Shown here one piece after another: positions 27,701 through 42,700 of a stretch of 64,000 bases of DNA. A model generated the notes under the pieces. It was not told the DNA's origin, searched no databases, and was given only the letters and a program-made list of their open reading frames with translations. A program made the position numbers and the translations under genes. Source of the DNA: Octopus vulgaris (lineage: Eukaryota); contig OX597837.1 of assembly GCA_951406725.2 (NCBI GenBank), positions 18,228,001-18,292,000 on the forward strand. The letters run 5' to 3'. The stretch's first letter is position 1, and each line of letters begins with the position of its first letter.

Positions 27701-30700
27701 ATCAGCTTCTAATATTTGTGAAAATCTCTCTGAGACAAAATAGAGTTTTTATTTTTTCACTATGGTGTTGGACAAGCTAAAATTTTAATTTCATTAAACA
27801 TGGCAATTTGTACCTTTTTATTCCTCACAGACCCACCTCCATAAGTAACATTGCTCTGAAGTACCATTTCTATAGACTGGATAGAATTTGATATAAAAGC
27901 AACATTTTTCTGAGATGTTATCAGCGATGTGAAGATTGATTGTAACTAATTGAGTTGTCCTATCAATGAATAACTGGTCTATATACTTGTAGAAGACATT
28001 GTTAAACAGAGTGCTGGAGTAACATTTTTAGAGATGTAACCTGAGTTGGGGAGACCCTGTAGTCAAGCAGCCACCAGTACTTTTGTAACTTTTATTCTCT
28101 ATTTGCTGCTGTTTACTTACCAAGCACTGTTGAATGTTAATCACAATTTTACATACAAAGCCAATATTTTGTATAATAAAAACAGGTTCACTGTATTTTC
28201 TGACATTAATAAATAGATCTACATAAGGTGGCGAGCTGGCAGAATTGTTAGCATACCGGGCAAAATGCTTTGTGGCATTTCATTCGTCTTTTCATTCTGA
28301 ATTCAAATTCTGCTGAAGCCAACTTGGTCTTTCATCCCTTTTGGGGTCGATAAAATAAGTACCATTTGAGCACTGGGGTCAATGTAATCAACTTACCCCC
28401 TCCCCCAAATGAGGGCCTTGTGCCAAAATTTGAAACTCACCTACTTGTGGTAGCTTTATTCCTCTGACTGTTTATATAAATTAACTATTCCTTTTATATA
28501 TTTATTTATAAATCTGTATCAGTATTTGATTTGCAGCAAAATAATGTGTTCATATTTCAATTTCAAACCTATCATAAAGACTTTTCATTAAGTCATGCCC
28601 CAAATGCCAGCAGAATAATAAGTTATTTTACCAAATTTTCCAAAAACTTGATTATTTTCAAAATAAAATGCAACACATGGACAATATATTTAGTTAGAAA
28701 TAGGGAGGGTTATGAAAGTGTTAAACAATAAGTTGTGAAATAAGAAATATATATATATAGTTAAAGTATATATGTTTGAATTCCTGACCTTGTAGTTAGT
28801 AATATTGAAGCTTGTTACTCAGAGTACACAATTATATAATTGGCTCACTGCCTTATTCCGGCTTAGGTTATCCTACAAAGGAGGTATGTTCATTCTTGCA
28901 GGATTTGAGCTTAGAACAGTGAGACACTAAAACAGAGAAACTATCTCATCGTATGCTCCTCTTCAGTTTGGACAGCTAGGATCACTTACCATTACTACTT
29001 TGAAATGTCTTGTTTCAAGCAGAATTGTGAATATTTGTTTATTGTTTACAGAATGAGTGCTGAGTAATTCCTAAGATTGGTTATTTTCTAACATTTCCAA
29101 ACAGAGTTTCTGTGTGTCCGCTAGCAGTTCAGTTTTTTTCACTTCCAGCTCCAATAAGAACTTATTTAGGGTTGTGTTTCTCTCATTGCTCGAAAAAATG
29201 TTTTATGTGAAGCCTTTAGATTACTTTTATGTGTTCCAATTTCCAAACTTACTGCCTTCCCTCCTAGAGTTCAGTTATTTAGTTGATTTCTCTCATGAAG
29301 TGGGTGTGGTTGATAAAATAAGTAGTCCTGTGATTGACTTTCTGTCATAAAAATTTATGTTCGGTCAATATTACCATTCTATTTACAAGGTACTCACAAT
29401 CATAATGTACTGAGGTGATTTCTAAAACTTGAATTTGTTAGCTATTTCTGATATTGAAATTAAAAACATTTCTCATAAAAGTAAATATAAACCATTCTGC
29501 TTTAACCAACAAAACTCTTGCACCCATATTCTCAATCATCCACAAACACATAGATGACATAGTCATAGCCTTTCAGACACTGTTAAAACATAAAATCTTT
29601 GTCTATTTATCTCATTAGGTCTAAAGATGCATGCCTTAACCTTATTATCGCCATAACAGCATCATTTGTCTCTAGTCCTCAAATATCATGGGTCATAAAT
29701 TTTCTTTTATAATAACACCAAGTTATTTGCCACCAGCTGTTCCTGTTTTTCCTGCCTTAAGCAAAATTCATCAAAGCATATCAAAATATAGTATTTTAAT
29801 ATATCCTACATACATACCTACATATATATGTATGTATCCATGCATATATGGGTACAGGACATAAAGAAAAAAACATATGTATATGTTTGTGTCTGTTTGT
29901 CACCCCCCCCCCCCTCAACTTCGCTTGACAAACAATGCTGGTGTGTTTACATCCCCATCACTTAACGGTTCGGCAAGAGAGACCGATAGAATAAGTACTA
30001 GGCTTACAAAGAATAAGTCCTGGGGTCAATTTGCTCGACTAAAGGCGGTGCTCCAGCATGACCACAGTCAAATGACTGAAACAAATAAAAGAATATCCAA
30101 GTATTTTGTGCTCTTATAATGTCAGAACAGAGTGTATTATGAACGAAGGTGCTTACACCTATTCTTCAATACATTTGATGTTGGCAAGTTCATTGTAGCT
30201 TTCAGTTCAAATAATTAATCCAACCTTTGAATATTGTAATAACCTTGTTGAATGGGATTTCTATGCAGAATTTACATCTGTTCCTCAGTTCATATTGAGT
30301 CTTAAAAAAAAAATAAAACCAGTCAGGTAATTCTGATAGATATTTGCAAGTAAATTGTAACTCTTGACAACAGCAGGACCTCAACGGAATTTATCTATAG
30401 GTGGAGCTCAATTTGCTATTAGAAACCACCGGTTTCTTATAGACACTTTTAAAAAAGTCTTTGTAATTGAAACTTATGTTTCTGTTCAAGACAGAAATAA
30501 CCATCATTGATCAAATTTTTAAGTCTCAGACATGGTTTTTATAAAGGAGCAACTAAGATTTTTTCCAATACAAACAAAAGTATTTGGTAGACACTGATTT
30601 CATTGAAACCCTGTAGCTATCATTTGGCCATCATTAATGGTTTAGAGAAAACAGTTGAAAACTAATTTCAAATAGAATAAATATAAATTCAGTGTACTTT

Positions 30701-33700
30701 GTCACCCATAGGTTAATGGGATTGTTGTATTTTGTTCTCAAATCATTTACAAAGCTATAATGTTATATTGTGTGTGTTTGTGTTTGCATATTTTAAGTGA
30801 TCTTTATGTGTCTTATTTTGTCTTCTACAGAGAAAGTGATAAAGAGACAGATTTAAGACACCTAGGAAATGCCTTGAAAACCATCATCAACAGCAACCCC
30901 TCATACCAACATTTACAGCAACAGGATCAAAGTGGTAGTGGCATGATGCCACCAGCACCTTCCCCTTATCCAGGGGAAACTGGGTCCACTGTGAACATGA
31001 ACCCGGATGGCATGGATGTACATGTTGGAAGCAACTCAAACAGTCGACTAGGCTGGGATATTTTCAATTCACATCAACAGTCTATAGACAACAGCATGTC
31101 CAATATGTCATACGGTACCCCATCTGTTGCCGTGATGGCTATGGGGGGCTTCAATATTGCTAGCACGGCATCGAATAATTCCTGGACCAATGTGTCTACT
31201 TCTCGCACTGCTCACAATTCTCAAATGCAGAACATGATTTTAGCCAGCCTCGTGGGAGGTGAACCGGCTAGTTCAATGAATAAACATTTATCATCTTCAG
31301 GAAACTTCCAGCAACAGCAGCAGCAGCAGCAACAAACCACATTTGATGGTGTGAGAATGTCTAATTTTGCTGCTCGTGGACCTAGTATCGGTGGAAATCG
31401 GCATCGAAATATTAACCCTTCTCATATAGGTGGGCAACGCTCTCTTAATTCAACTGGATACCCAGCCCAAAGAAACCCTATACTTTATCAGTTTCAGAGG
31501 AAAAATAATTTACCTGCTGTATCCTCTGGTAAGATTTTCTTTTTCTTCATAATATGAATATTTAACTAATATCCAAAAATTTCATACACCTGAGACAGAT
31601 TACACATAACTTATTACTTAACTCTTTGTTTTTATGTATATGTTTCTTTTTATTGGGTTATCTTATACTGCTACATTCAAACTCGTAATGTTATATGAAG
31701 TGATATACTCTACAGGGAGATGGAGAGTATAGTACCTTGCTAGACATTATAAGTTGCTACTCCTAAATCATTGGATAAGACATGTTGGCTCATTCAACAT
31801 AATTTAGAATACACAATATCAAGAAGTACAACTGACTATTGTTAAATATCAGAATTGTAACTGACATTTATTTTGTTAGCTTGCAGTACCAGATCAAATC
31901 CTAAAGCTAAGACAACTTGATCCAAAGTTATGGGAACAATTGATTTAAAAGTTATGTTGGATTAGTGTTGCACCTATTTCTCAATGGAAGAATTCTTTTC
32001 ATGACAACTACTGCAGACAGTAGGAGTTATTTCCTTATTCCTTAGACAATAAACATGAACTGTGACTGTGTAAGGGATGTAGGAGCACGAAGTTGCATGT
32101 TCAAATCCTACCAGTGTTTCAGCAACACTTTTTCTTAAAATGTTAAAGATATACATAAACTATTTTCTGTATGTACATATACATGGTTCTATCAGTTATT
32201 TTTAACATTTCTCTCTCCTTTTTTATCTGTCAGTAGGACTCTTTTTTTCTAAGTTTTTACAACTCTTCTATGTAGGTTGGTCCCTTAATTTGTTTTGCTG
32301 ATAATTCTAAATATAATTGTGATAGCATTGTCTGTTTCTTATAAAATTTGGAGTTGTATTAAATCTTGACATTTCTCAACAATTTGATGTGAGACTATAA
32401 CAGTTGAGTCAGCAGTTTATTAGTGATGACATTTCAAGTAGGATTCTCCTTGATAACAAAGTTTGGGTGCCTATGAAAATAATCAATTTATTGTGTATAT
32501 TATTTTGTAATAGATATATTCAGTTTCTCCCAAACTCTGTAAACATCTAAATTTTAAAAACCATGTAACTCACAGAAGCATAAAAAATGACTGTTAAAAA
32601 AAGTAATACTTAAAATTGCTTTCATGCATTATGTTGGATATCTATTTGGTGATTCTCTGGTCACTACTTTAGCAAGTACAGTGAAGTCTATACTTTGCTG
32701 TTGAGGTTTAATAATGCGGAATTATGTCTAGATTTGTTTCTCATCCCATTATTGCTGAACTGATTAAAATAATAATTATCATCATTGTGCTAATGTTGTC
32801 TTTTCCTCACCATGTAATTATTTATAACTTGACTTTTAATGTGTTATATTAAATATTTTAACACTGATTTCATCTGCAAGAGATTTAATATGAAATTATA
32901 TATTGAAGCTAAGTCATTTGCATTGTGGCAGTCAGTTAAAATATGAATATAGTCCAATTCATCATATTTTTCTTAGATAAGAGTTTAATGAGTAAGTCAT
33001 GAATGTGCATTGAAAGACTTGTAAAAAATGATTTTATAAAATTGGAAATGTCTACATAAAAATAATCACTTTTATGTCTAGTTTTCCTGTCTCCCAGAGC
33101 ATTTATCAGCCAAAGGTTGTAGTAGAACACATACTCAAGACAGAAAGCAGTGGGCTGGAACTGGAAAGTCAACTCACTATAAATGGCATTCAAACTCTAA
33201 TTCCAAGATGTTCCCACTATCACTAAATAAATTTTTGTGATGCTTTCTATATTTAGCTATTCAGTAAATGCTAACTACAAATTGTATTACATTTCAAGTG
33301 ATTTCTCACTTGTCTTAATAAATATCAAAGGTTGGCAGTACTCCATTTACTTAGTTTACAAAGCAGTATCAGTACTGGTACTTATTGATCTTGGAGGAAT
33401 GAAACAACCAAGTCAATGTCTCTGGTGTTTCACTACAAAATATAACATTGATTTTTGAATGCCATAACCCATCTTGTCCAGCATTCCATGAGTCAACTGC
33501 TTAAATATTGTTAATCCCTGTATAAATAGTTGGTCTCTCTCAGTGTCTTTACATTGTAATTTATTTTGCAATATGCTGAGGCTAGTAACACAGAATATTA
33601 ACCTACAGATTACACTGCCTCATTAAATATTGATTTCTTTTAACTCAACAGCAACTCAAAGTTTTTGAGGAGTAAGAATAAGTTGAGCTTCTCTATAAAG

Positions 33701-36700
33701 GATCTGAAGTTGGTACAATTACATATCACTTGAGTTTACAAGCAAATTGAAAAAACAAATCAGTCCAAAGAGTGTACTTATTTATTGTAGTACTCAAAGA
33801 TTACTCTCTACAGTTTTCCATATCTGTCAATGAAATGGAATCATGAGCAGTCAATCTTGAAGCACTTGAAATTTAAATAGCAAACTAGATGTGGTTATCA
33901 TCTAATCCAGTATTGACCATATTCATCATTGTTTTGTCTATCTTTTTTATGTTGGCATTGATGAGTAGAATGTATTGCCATTCCTTGCAATCGCATCAAT
34001 GATATCCAACATTCTAAGATTTGATTTCATTAAAGTAGTCTATGTCTGCACCTCTTCACTCTACAGACCATATGCATTCATATAACATGTCTTTAATAAT
34101 GTGACAATCTCTTTAGTCATACATACATTTAGTACCCAGCTGTTTTCTCAACACTTTTGTGTTCCATTTTACATGAAAGTTAATTCTTTCATCCAGTGGA
34201 TCATAATACATTTCTCAAACTTGGGTAAATCTTCTACATGTAAAACCCCTATTATTCACTGGCATGAATACACTTTGATTTGACCTATACATAGACAGAG
34301 TGAGCCTATGTTGTCAGATGTAAGAACTCTTGACTTTTCATTCTAGACATAGTTTCACCACAACAACCACTTGCACTAATTACATGAGTACACAGTAACT
34401 ATCATCTAACAAACCATCTGAGCAGTTCAATTTATGAATGTGGTTGTTACTAACTAATCTTCATCATCATCATCATCATCATTTAACATCCGCTTTCCAT
34501 GCTAGCATGGGTTATATATATTAACTAAAATTCAAGTCTTGATTTCTTGTTAACCAAGCAGATTCTATTGCAGCTATTATTTGTATTGACTACACATTAC
34601 TAAGTACTTACATCATCATCATTTAATGTCCATTGACCATACTGGTATGAGTTCAACGGTTTGACCAGGGCTGCACCAGACTCCAGTCTGATTTGGCATG
34701 GTTTCTACAGCTGGATGCCCTTTCTAATGCCAACAACTCCAAGAGTGTAATGGGTGCCAGTTGCGTGACACCAGTATCTTCCGTGACTATGATTTCACTT
34801 GGCTTGATGGGTTTTCTTAAGCATGGCATATTGCTGAAGGTTTCAGTCATTTGTCATTGCCTCTGTGAGGCCCAGTGCTCAAAATGTGCTTTTTATGTAC
34901 CACCAGCACGGGTGCTAGTTATGCGACACCATCATTGGCTAGATTGCCTCCGTGAGGCCTAATGCTTGACAGGTGCTTTTTACATGACACCAGCATCACT
35001 TGGTTTGATGGATCTTCTTAAGCACCGCATATCACCAAAGTCATTGCCTCCATGAGACCCAACATTCAAAGTTCATGCTTCACCTCCTCATCCCATATCT
35101 TCCTGGATCTACCTCTTCCACAGGTTCTCTCCACAGTTAGAGATCAGCACTTTACACAACTGCTCTTGTTCATATGCATCACATGACCATACCAGTGCAG
35201 TGATCTCTCTTGCACACCACATCTGATGCCTCTTATGCCCAACTTTTCTCTCAAGACACACTCTGTTGTACATGCATCCTGACACTGCACATCCAGTGAA
35301 GCATACCAGCTTCATTTCTTTCAAGCCTGTACATGTCCTTGCAGTCACAGCCAATGTTTCAGTGCCATGTAACATAGCTGTTCGCACATAGGCATCACAC
35401 AATCTGCCTTTCACTCTGAGGGAGAGGCCCTTTGTTGCCAACAAAAGTAGGGGCTCTCTGAACTTTGCTCAACCTATTCTTATTCTCATAGCTATGCTCT
35501 CAGAGCATCCCCCTCCGCTACTGACTTGGTCATCTAGATAACGGAAGCTATCAACTACCTCTAACTTACCCACCTGGCAGTTGATGGAGTTTATTTTCTG
35601 TACATTTTAGCTTCCACACTAAAACTGTTTACTCAGTTAACCTTTCTCTGATATTGTTGCACCTCATGTCCATATCTTACACTGGGTACATCATCATCAT
35701 CATATGGAGTTTCTACCTATGCCTTTCCTACAGATCAAGCAGGGCAATCTATCTGAAGGCATTTTCTTTCCTACTTGCCAAGACTTTGGTTTTTGCAAGG
35801 TTAAATCTAAAGCCATTTGATTCTAGACCTTGCTTCCACATCTGAAATTTCTTTTCTAGTTCTGGTAATGATTTAACTATAAGAACAAGGTTATCAGCAT
35901 TGAGGAGCTCCTAGGGGCAGTCCGTCTTAATTTCTTCTGTTATTGCCTGGAGGACTATGATGAACAAGAGGGGGCTGAGGACTGATCCTTGATGAACCCC
36001 ACTTCTACCTTGAATCTATCCCTATACTCGTTTCCAACCCCCACCTTACTGACTGCATCCCTGTACATGGCTTGTACAGCTCTTACAAACCACTTGTCTA
36101 TTCCTAATTTCCACATTGACCTCCACATACAGGATTAGGGATCCCTATCGAAGGCTTTCTCCATGTCAACAAAAGGCAAGTACAGATGTTTATCTTTGGC
36201 TAAGCTCTTCTGCAGCTACCTTACCAGAAATATAGCATCAGTGATGCTTCAGCCTGGCATGAAACCAAACTGCATCTCATCTAGACTAACTCTCTCTCTA
36301 ATCAATTGAGCTTTGACTCTCTCTGACTTTCATCATGTGATCCAACAATTTGATACTCTCTTTATTTCTATCTAAAGCAATACCTTTACCTTTGCAGCAG
36401 TTGACTATGGTGCTGCTACATCACTCATTAGGTATGACTCCTACATATGCAAAAACCCTCGAAATTCATTCACCCTGCTTTTAAAGTTCACTTTTAGTCT
36501 TTTCCATGTTGAGTTCTAAGTATTTTTGACTCTTGACCATTTTACTGAATCATAAAACCTCTCAGTTGATGAATTTAGATATTGTTTTTAGTTAAGTTCT
36601 CTTGTAATTGTCTTTCTAAAATTATGCTTTCTGATGTTACATTTTGTTGAAAACCAGATTGCATCTTATCCAAACTAACCTTATTCTTAATTAACTTCCT

Positions 36701-39700
36701 TTGTAACTCGTAACTAGATTCATTATTTGGAAACCTTACTGGTGCGTCTCTTATCTTGTAGTAGTTTGCAATGATATTACTAAGTTATACATTGAAATTT
36801 AGCAACTCGAATTAAGTATTACATATTAGTAGGATAACTACATCCCTCAATAAGTCTCCCTCCCTCAAAGAAATTCAGTTTCTTCTGCTTTTTGTGTCTT
36901 ACAATTGATACCTCTGTTGGTTCCATTTAAGAAACTGCAGTTGGCTTCTTATAGTGTCTAGTTAGGCTAATTGGATTAAGCAAATTTTCAGTCTTTAACT
37001 ATCCTGTTCATTTAATTAAATGATAATTGGTTATTAGTCAAACAGTCACTTTGCTGTGATTGTAGAGGTTTATCGAATATGCAGACAATTGATTTCATTT
37101 AAAGTTATTAGGGTTTTTTAATGAATGAATTGTATTCAAAGATCAGCTGATTTACCTTGTAACAAATCATTGTTAAAATATGAAAGTTGACAGTTTTATT
37201 CATTAGTAACATCTTTAGTGTCAGAGACTTGAAATCTATGAAATGTCTGTAGATTGTTTAAATTGTAATCACTGACATTTTTATATTTAATTTTCCCTCA
37301 TGCTGACATGTATCACATGAATTTTGAAGTACTTAACTTTTAAATGTAATACAGCAAGCAGTTTTATACTAATGTTTCAACTCTTTTCCTACTCCTACTC
37401 AATGATCAAAAAGAAATGGTATATATATTTTCTCCCAATAAAGTTTTGCTTAAACCTATAAAAATAAAAAAGCAACTATTTTTATGAATTGTTTCTTGTT
37501 ATAAATTGAATCCTCTTAAGATATTTCTCTCTTCTCCATCCTAGGTGTAATGACAAGTCAACAATCTGCTTGGAATCATCCTGCAGAATATTCATCTTTG
37601 ACAACCTCAGCACCCCTATGTAGTTCACAGACAAACACTTTCAACAGTCAGGCCTCAAACCGTTTGTGTAGTGACCCAAATTTAATAAACATAAAAACTG
37701 ATGCTCAAAGTATTGGGGATAAGAAAACAAACCAACGTCCTGCCAAACTCTGCCAGCTGCTAACACAGAATACTTCTCCTGATCAAAGTATTGTGAAGTC
37801 GGAATTGTCACGAGATGAATCAGGTCTTGGCGAAAATTCCAAGTCTTGTCTTAAATCTCCCGGCAGCAGTGTGGACCAGTCTCCTCAACCAGGGCCTGGT
37901 CAGTCTCCTCAGGAAAAACCCCAGAGCACATCTGGAAATGATGAAATGGACCACCTAGGTAGTGGAGGGGTGAATGCTGCAACACCAGCTGATATCAAAC
38001 GGTCTGACCTTATCCTCAAAAAGTTACTCAGTATGGGAGAAGAGGATTCTTGTTCAAAGCGGCATGACTCGGATGGTATTCATTCACCGAATGATAACTG
38101 TGCAATGGAAGTAGACAAAAATGAAGCTGAGCCAAAAAAATCTGTGAATAATGATGAACTTCTTAAGGTAGGAATTATTTTATGTTTTTGGCTGAATTAA
38201 CTTCCATTATTTGTAATTTTACTTCTTTCCATACATGCATGCACACAGTGACTGCGCCTGGTTTGAACTTGAACACATATATGATAAATGCCATGCCAAA
38301 GAGTGGAGAATTGTGCTAGCAAAAGAAAAAAAGGTGTCTTGTGAAGATTATGAATTTATAATATTGCTTTTAAGGGGTCAATAGCAAGGTGCACAACAGT
38401 AAAATAGACAAATACACTGGTACAGTTCTATATTTAACCCTTTCGATACCAACCCAGCTAAAACCGCCTCTGGTTCTTTAGTACAAATGTCGTGTTTTCA
38501 TATGTTCTGAATGAAAATCTTCCACCAAACCTTAGTCACAAATTATGTTCCTAACACAAACTTAATGATAACTAAGTTATTTTATTAAATTCTTTGTTAT
38601 ATTTAAAATTAAGTGAAAGAAACACAAAGCATCTCAAAATAAATACAGTAACAAAAGGGTTAAGAGATAGTGTTTTCACAAGGAGAGAGATCCCACCTGG
38701 TACTTGGTTTTATCTTTCTTGTGTGCTGTCTTTAAGTCAGTACTTAGATTGAAAAAATATACATGGATATAATTTGAACATTACTAACGTGTTTGTGTGC
38801 AAGTGTGTAGCCACACACATACACATATGTATTAGACATGTATAGGTGGAAAGACAGAAGAGCTGATAAACTTTTAGAAGTTAAAAGTTCAGTTCAGTTT
38901 TAATCCCTGGTTGAAACCATCATGGCCTTTATTGCATCAATAAAACATCTAATCTTTTATTGAGGAGTAAACCACTTTGTCATACACTGTAGCAATAACA
39001 ATTTCTTAATAAACGACATATTCTCCTCTTCTAAGATATATACAAAGACATAATAATTTATGTAACCCTATTTGATTAGTGTGTGAATATTTATATATCC
39101 TTAAAAGTAATGTAACAAGGGAAAAAAATTCATGATCATTAAATCATTTATGGGCAACAAAATTTTAAACAATTTGTATCTTTATTTTCATAATTTACTT
39201 TCATATTTTGTTTACGCTATTGAATAGAATGCTTATTTATTCACATTGTTTAGAATTAATCGTGTATTATCTTATAGCTCCAAGATATTGATGACGTGAC
39301 TGCATATTTTTAGAATGACATTATAGAGTAGGTATGAAAGGCTAGATCTGGCAAGTTTAAATGCTTAAGTGCTAATTCCAAAATACCAATTATTGTAATT
39401 TCTACCACACAAATACAATTGAGCTGAACCTCCTGCACAGCTTAACTTAATTATATTGAACTCTGTTTCACATCTGACTTAGATTCAGTAAGTTTAATAT
39501 GTGATCCAAGTTAGCCATTTCTCAGAACATAATGGACTTTACATCCAGTGTTAATTCTGACAATTCTTGATGAGTTTGAGCTCCTTCAGTACTGAGTTAA
39601 GAACCGTTTTGAATTTCAAGTTGAAACCATTTCACTTATGTTGTTAGTGTCTTATGTGAGGCACAAACATCACAAAATCTATTTCCCATCTTCTATAACC

Positions 39701-42700
39701 TTGTGGTTAAGCTAAAAGAAACCAGTATTTATAGCTTTCAATAGCTATGTCAGTTATCTGATATCCAACTGGATTGTATGGTTTGCCATAAGGTAATGTC
39801 TTATAACTGGAGTGACATTTACTGGGAAATGCCTGAACAAACAGAAAATCGTATCAACATCTCTGAGTTTTCATTAACAGATTTTGGCTCCAGCATAATT
39901 ATATTATTAATTTAACATTACCAAGTTAATTAACTTTCTCCTAATTACTAATTAGAATACTGTTTTACCTTATTTCTTTTGTTTGAATAATCTGTGTAAA
40001 ATAATCTTAAGTAGCTTAAGTACAAAATTTATTCTCAAAAGCATGTTAGTCATTGCATAAATAACTGGTGCCCAGTAAGGCCATAACCAACTTTGTGGAA
40101 CCAGTGAAAGAGTATGCAGTACTAAAGACAAATTAGATGTCAAATACTTTAAATATAACATGAATTAGAATTTTTACCTCAACAATGAATGAGGAGTATT
40201 GACAATAGCAAATAATCTTCAGTAGTGTGTGGTTATTCAACTAATAACTATAAAATCAGTGTCATATTGTTCTTGTTAATTAGCAGAGTTAAGGAACTCA
40301 GCAAAATAGCATTTATTATAACATTGATCAGGCATAAACAAAATGATATGAAGTATCCAAAGTTTTAACTGTTGTTTGTAACTGATTGTCAGGTCCCAAT
40401 AAAACAATGTTCATGAATGTGTCTGTGTGAGAGAGAATAATATGAAATGCATCTGTGTGCATACACACACACACATACAGAGTACTATGTGATGTTCTAC
40501 TAAGTTGCTTCACAACTGATTTCCAAAATGTAGTTTCTATGGTTTGGTGATTCAGCATCTGCCTGTAATGAATGTTTCTTGGTTATAATGACATTATCGG
40601 TCTATCTATAATAATGGCAGTACCATGTACATCAAACTGTGTTGAGTGTGGAATGCAATATATAAACAATTTGCTCTACTGTAAAATCAGTCATTAGAGA
40701 AGTATGAAAAAAGTCAATTTACACTTTTAAATTATTATAATTAACCTCATAGCTGTAATGGTCTATGACATAGTTCATTACTAGTAAATAATGACAAGTC
40801 TTGTCATTGTAGAAAGAAATAATTTGCTACAATCTGGAGCATGGTATTAGTAATAAACCAGTGTACTGAGTGAAACTTAGAAGTGTTTAAAAATTTGGCT
40901 TCACAAATGAAATTCAAATATAAAAGTTGCTCCTATGAACTTTTTCTGTACTTCCTTTCACAACTTCTCATAAATATGATGAAATATCACTAAAGGAATA
41001 TCTTTGTTTTTACACTTGACTCTGTGACATTAGGAACCAGTCAGTGTTTCTGTAGTAAAAGCTAAAACCATCAAAACTCATTTGATCTTGTGTCCAAAGT
41101 GTTTTGTTAGATAAATATTTTACTTGGTATCACATCATTTAAACAAACATTCTTCAATGCTACCATGAACATTAAAAAGGTGTACATGTATTATGGAGGA
41201 AAAAACCTCTCAACTAACAGCAGACTTTTGGCAAATACAGACAGTAATATTTCACTGTTTGTAATGTTCATGTACCTCCTGTTTCAGTCAAGTAATTGCA
41301 GCTTTCAGTTGCATGTGTATTGCTATTTTTGAGTGTGCAGGTATTCATGTTAATTTGTTCATGTTGTCAGCAACTACTAAGTGATGACCACCACGCAACA
41401 TCAGAGGCTGGTAAAGCAGAGAAGAATGCCAACAAAGATCTACTTCAGAAGCTGTTGCAGGAGGAGGAGGAGGAAGAGCTGAAGGGGACTGCCCCCGCAG
41501 TATGTATTCTCTATCTACACGTTTCTTCGTTGGCACACCACTTTTACACAAGGCTTGGCCTGCCTGCATTGGGTCACTTTCATCTTTGGCTGACCAAACT
41601 CTTGGCCCCTATGGTGTACTTGTTTTTCAACACATTCATTAATGGCCTTTTATGTAAATCTGATCAAATATACCATTTAAATTACTTCGAAATTTATACT
41701 ATAGGTATATTGATCTGCCCCTTCCCTTATTGTACTAATATTGTTTGTTTTGTAATCTTAATGTTCACCTTTTCACAGAATAATGACTTTCTGATCTAGT
41801 AACACATTTTGGTAACTTTTAAGGCTTGCATTCAATATGTTTTATAAATTGTAAATATATTAAATGCTATTTCATTTTCGTTCAGCATTATTTAAACCAA
41901 TTGAAACTTCTTTGAGATATTTTCTTTTTCTTTTGTAATTTTGTAAACTGTGTGTATCTTCGTTGCTATATGAAAGTGTTTTAGTTGAATCTGCTAATCC
42001 AAAACTAAAAGGTCATTTCTGTTGTATAATCTCTGTATCCCAAATGCCATAGCCATATCTTAATATATATGGATAATCAGATCTTTGCAACTGCTAGATA
42101 TTCTTGAAAGATGTGTTGTATGTATTACCAATTCAGGTCCTGGCTAATGCCATAGAGTGTGTGTGAGTGTTCCTACAAGGACAGTGTGGCTATAGAGAAT
42201 GGACAGCAGTATGTTTACTGCTCTCTACATATGTATCTATGACCATATTGCTAAGGCAACTGTTACTATAGCATTTTACTAGATAATTCCATTCATTTAT
42301 TTAACTATTTTATATTCTTCTCTCTCAAACGTTTTGTCATTTCAGCAAAGCACTAGTCAAGACCAGGATATTTCTACTCGTCACCGTCATGTATCTGGGC
42401 CACAATTTCCTACTACCACTCACACAGGTCTGCCAGAATCCACTTCAGGTGTCCCTCACCGGACAAGTTTTGATGATTCTGTGCTCAAACCGTCCGACAT
42501 GATTAAATCGCAAGCCAATGTTGATACTTTCAGACCGTTAAACTGTCTAATAAATTTCCTGGATAAAGATCATGAAAAAATGAAAACAGAAACTCGTTTA
42601 AAAGCTGTTAAACGGAAAGCATCATTCGACAGTGATTCTGACATGTTGGACACAGAACCGACTACATCGGCCGACATGCCAAGTAAAGTGCTCCAGCGTA

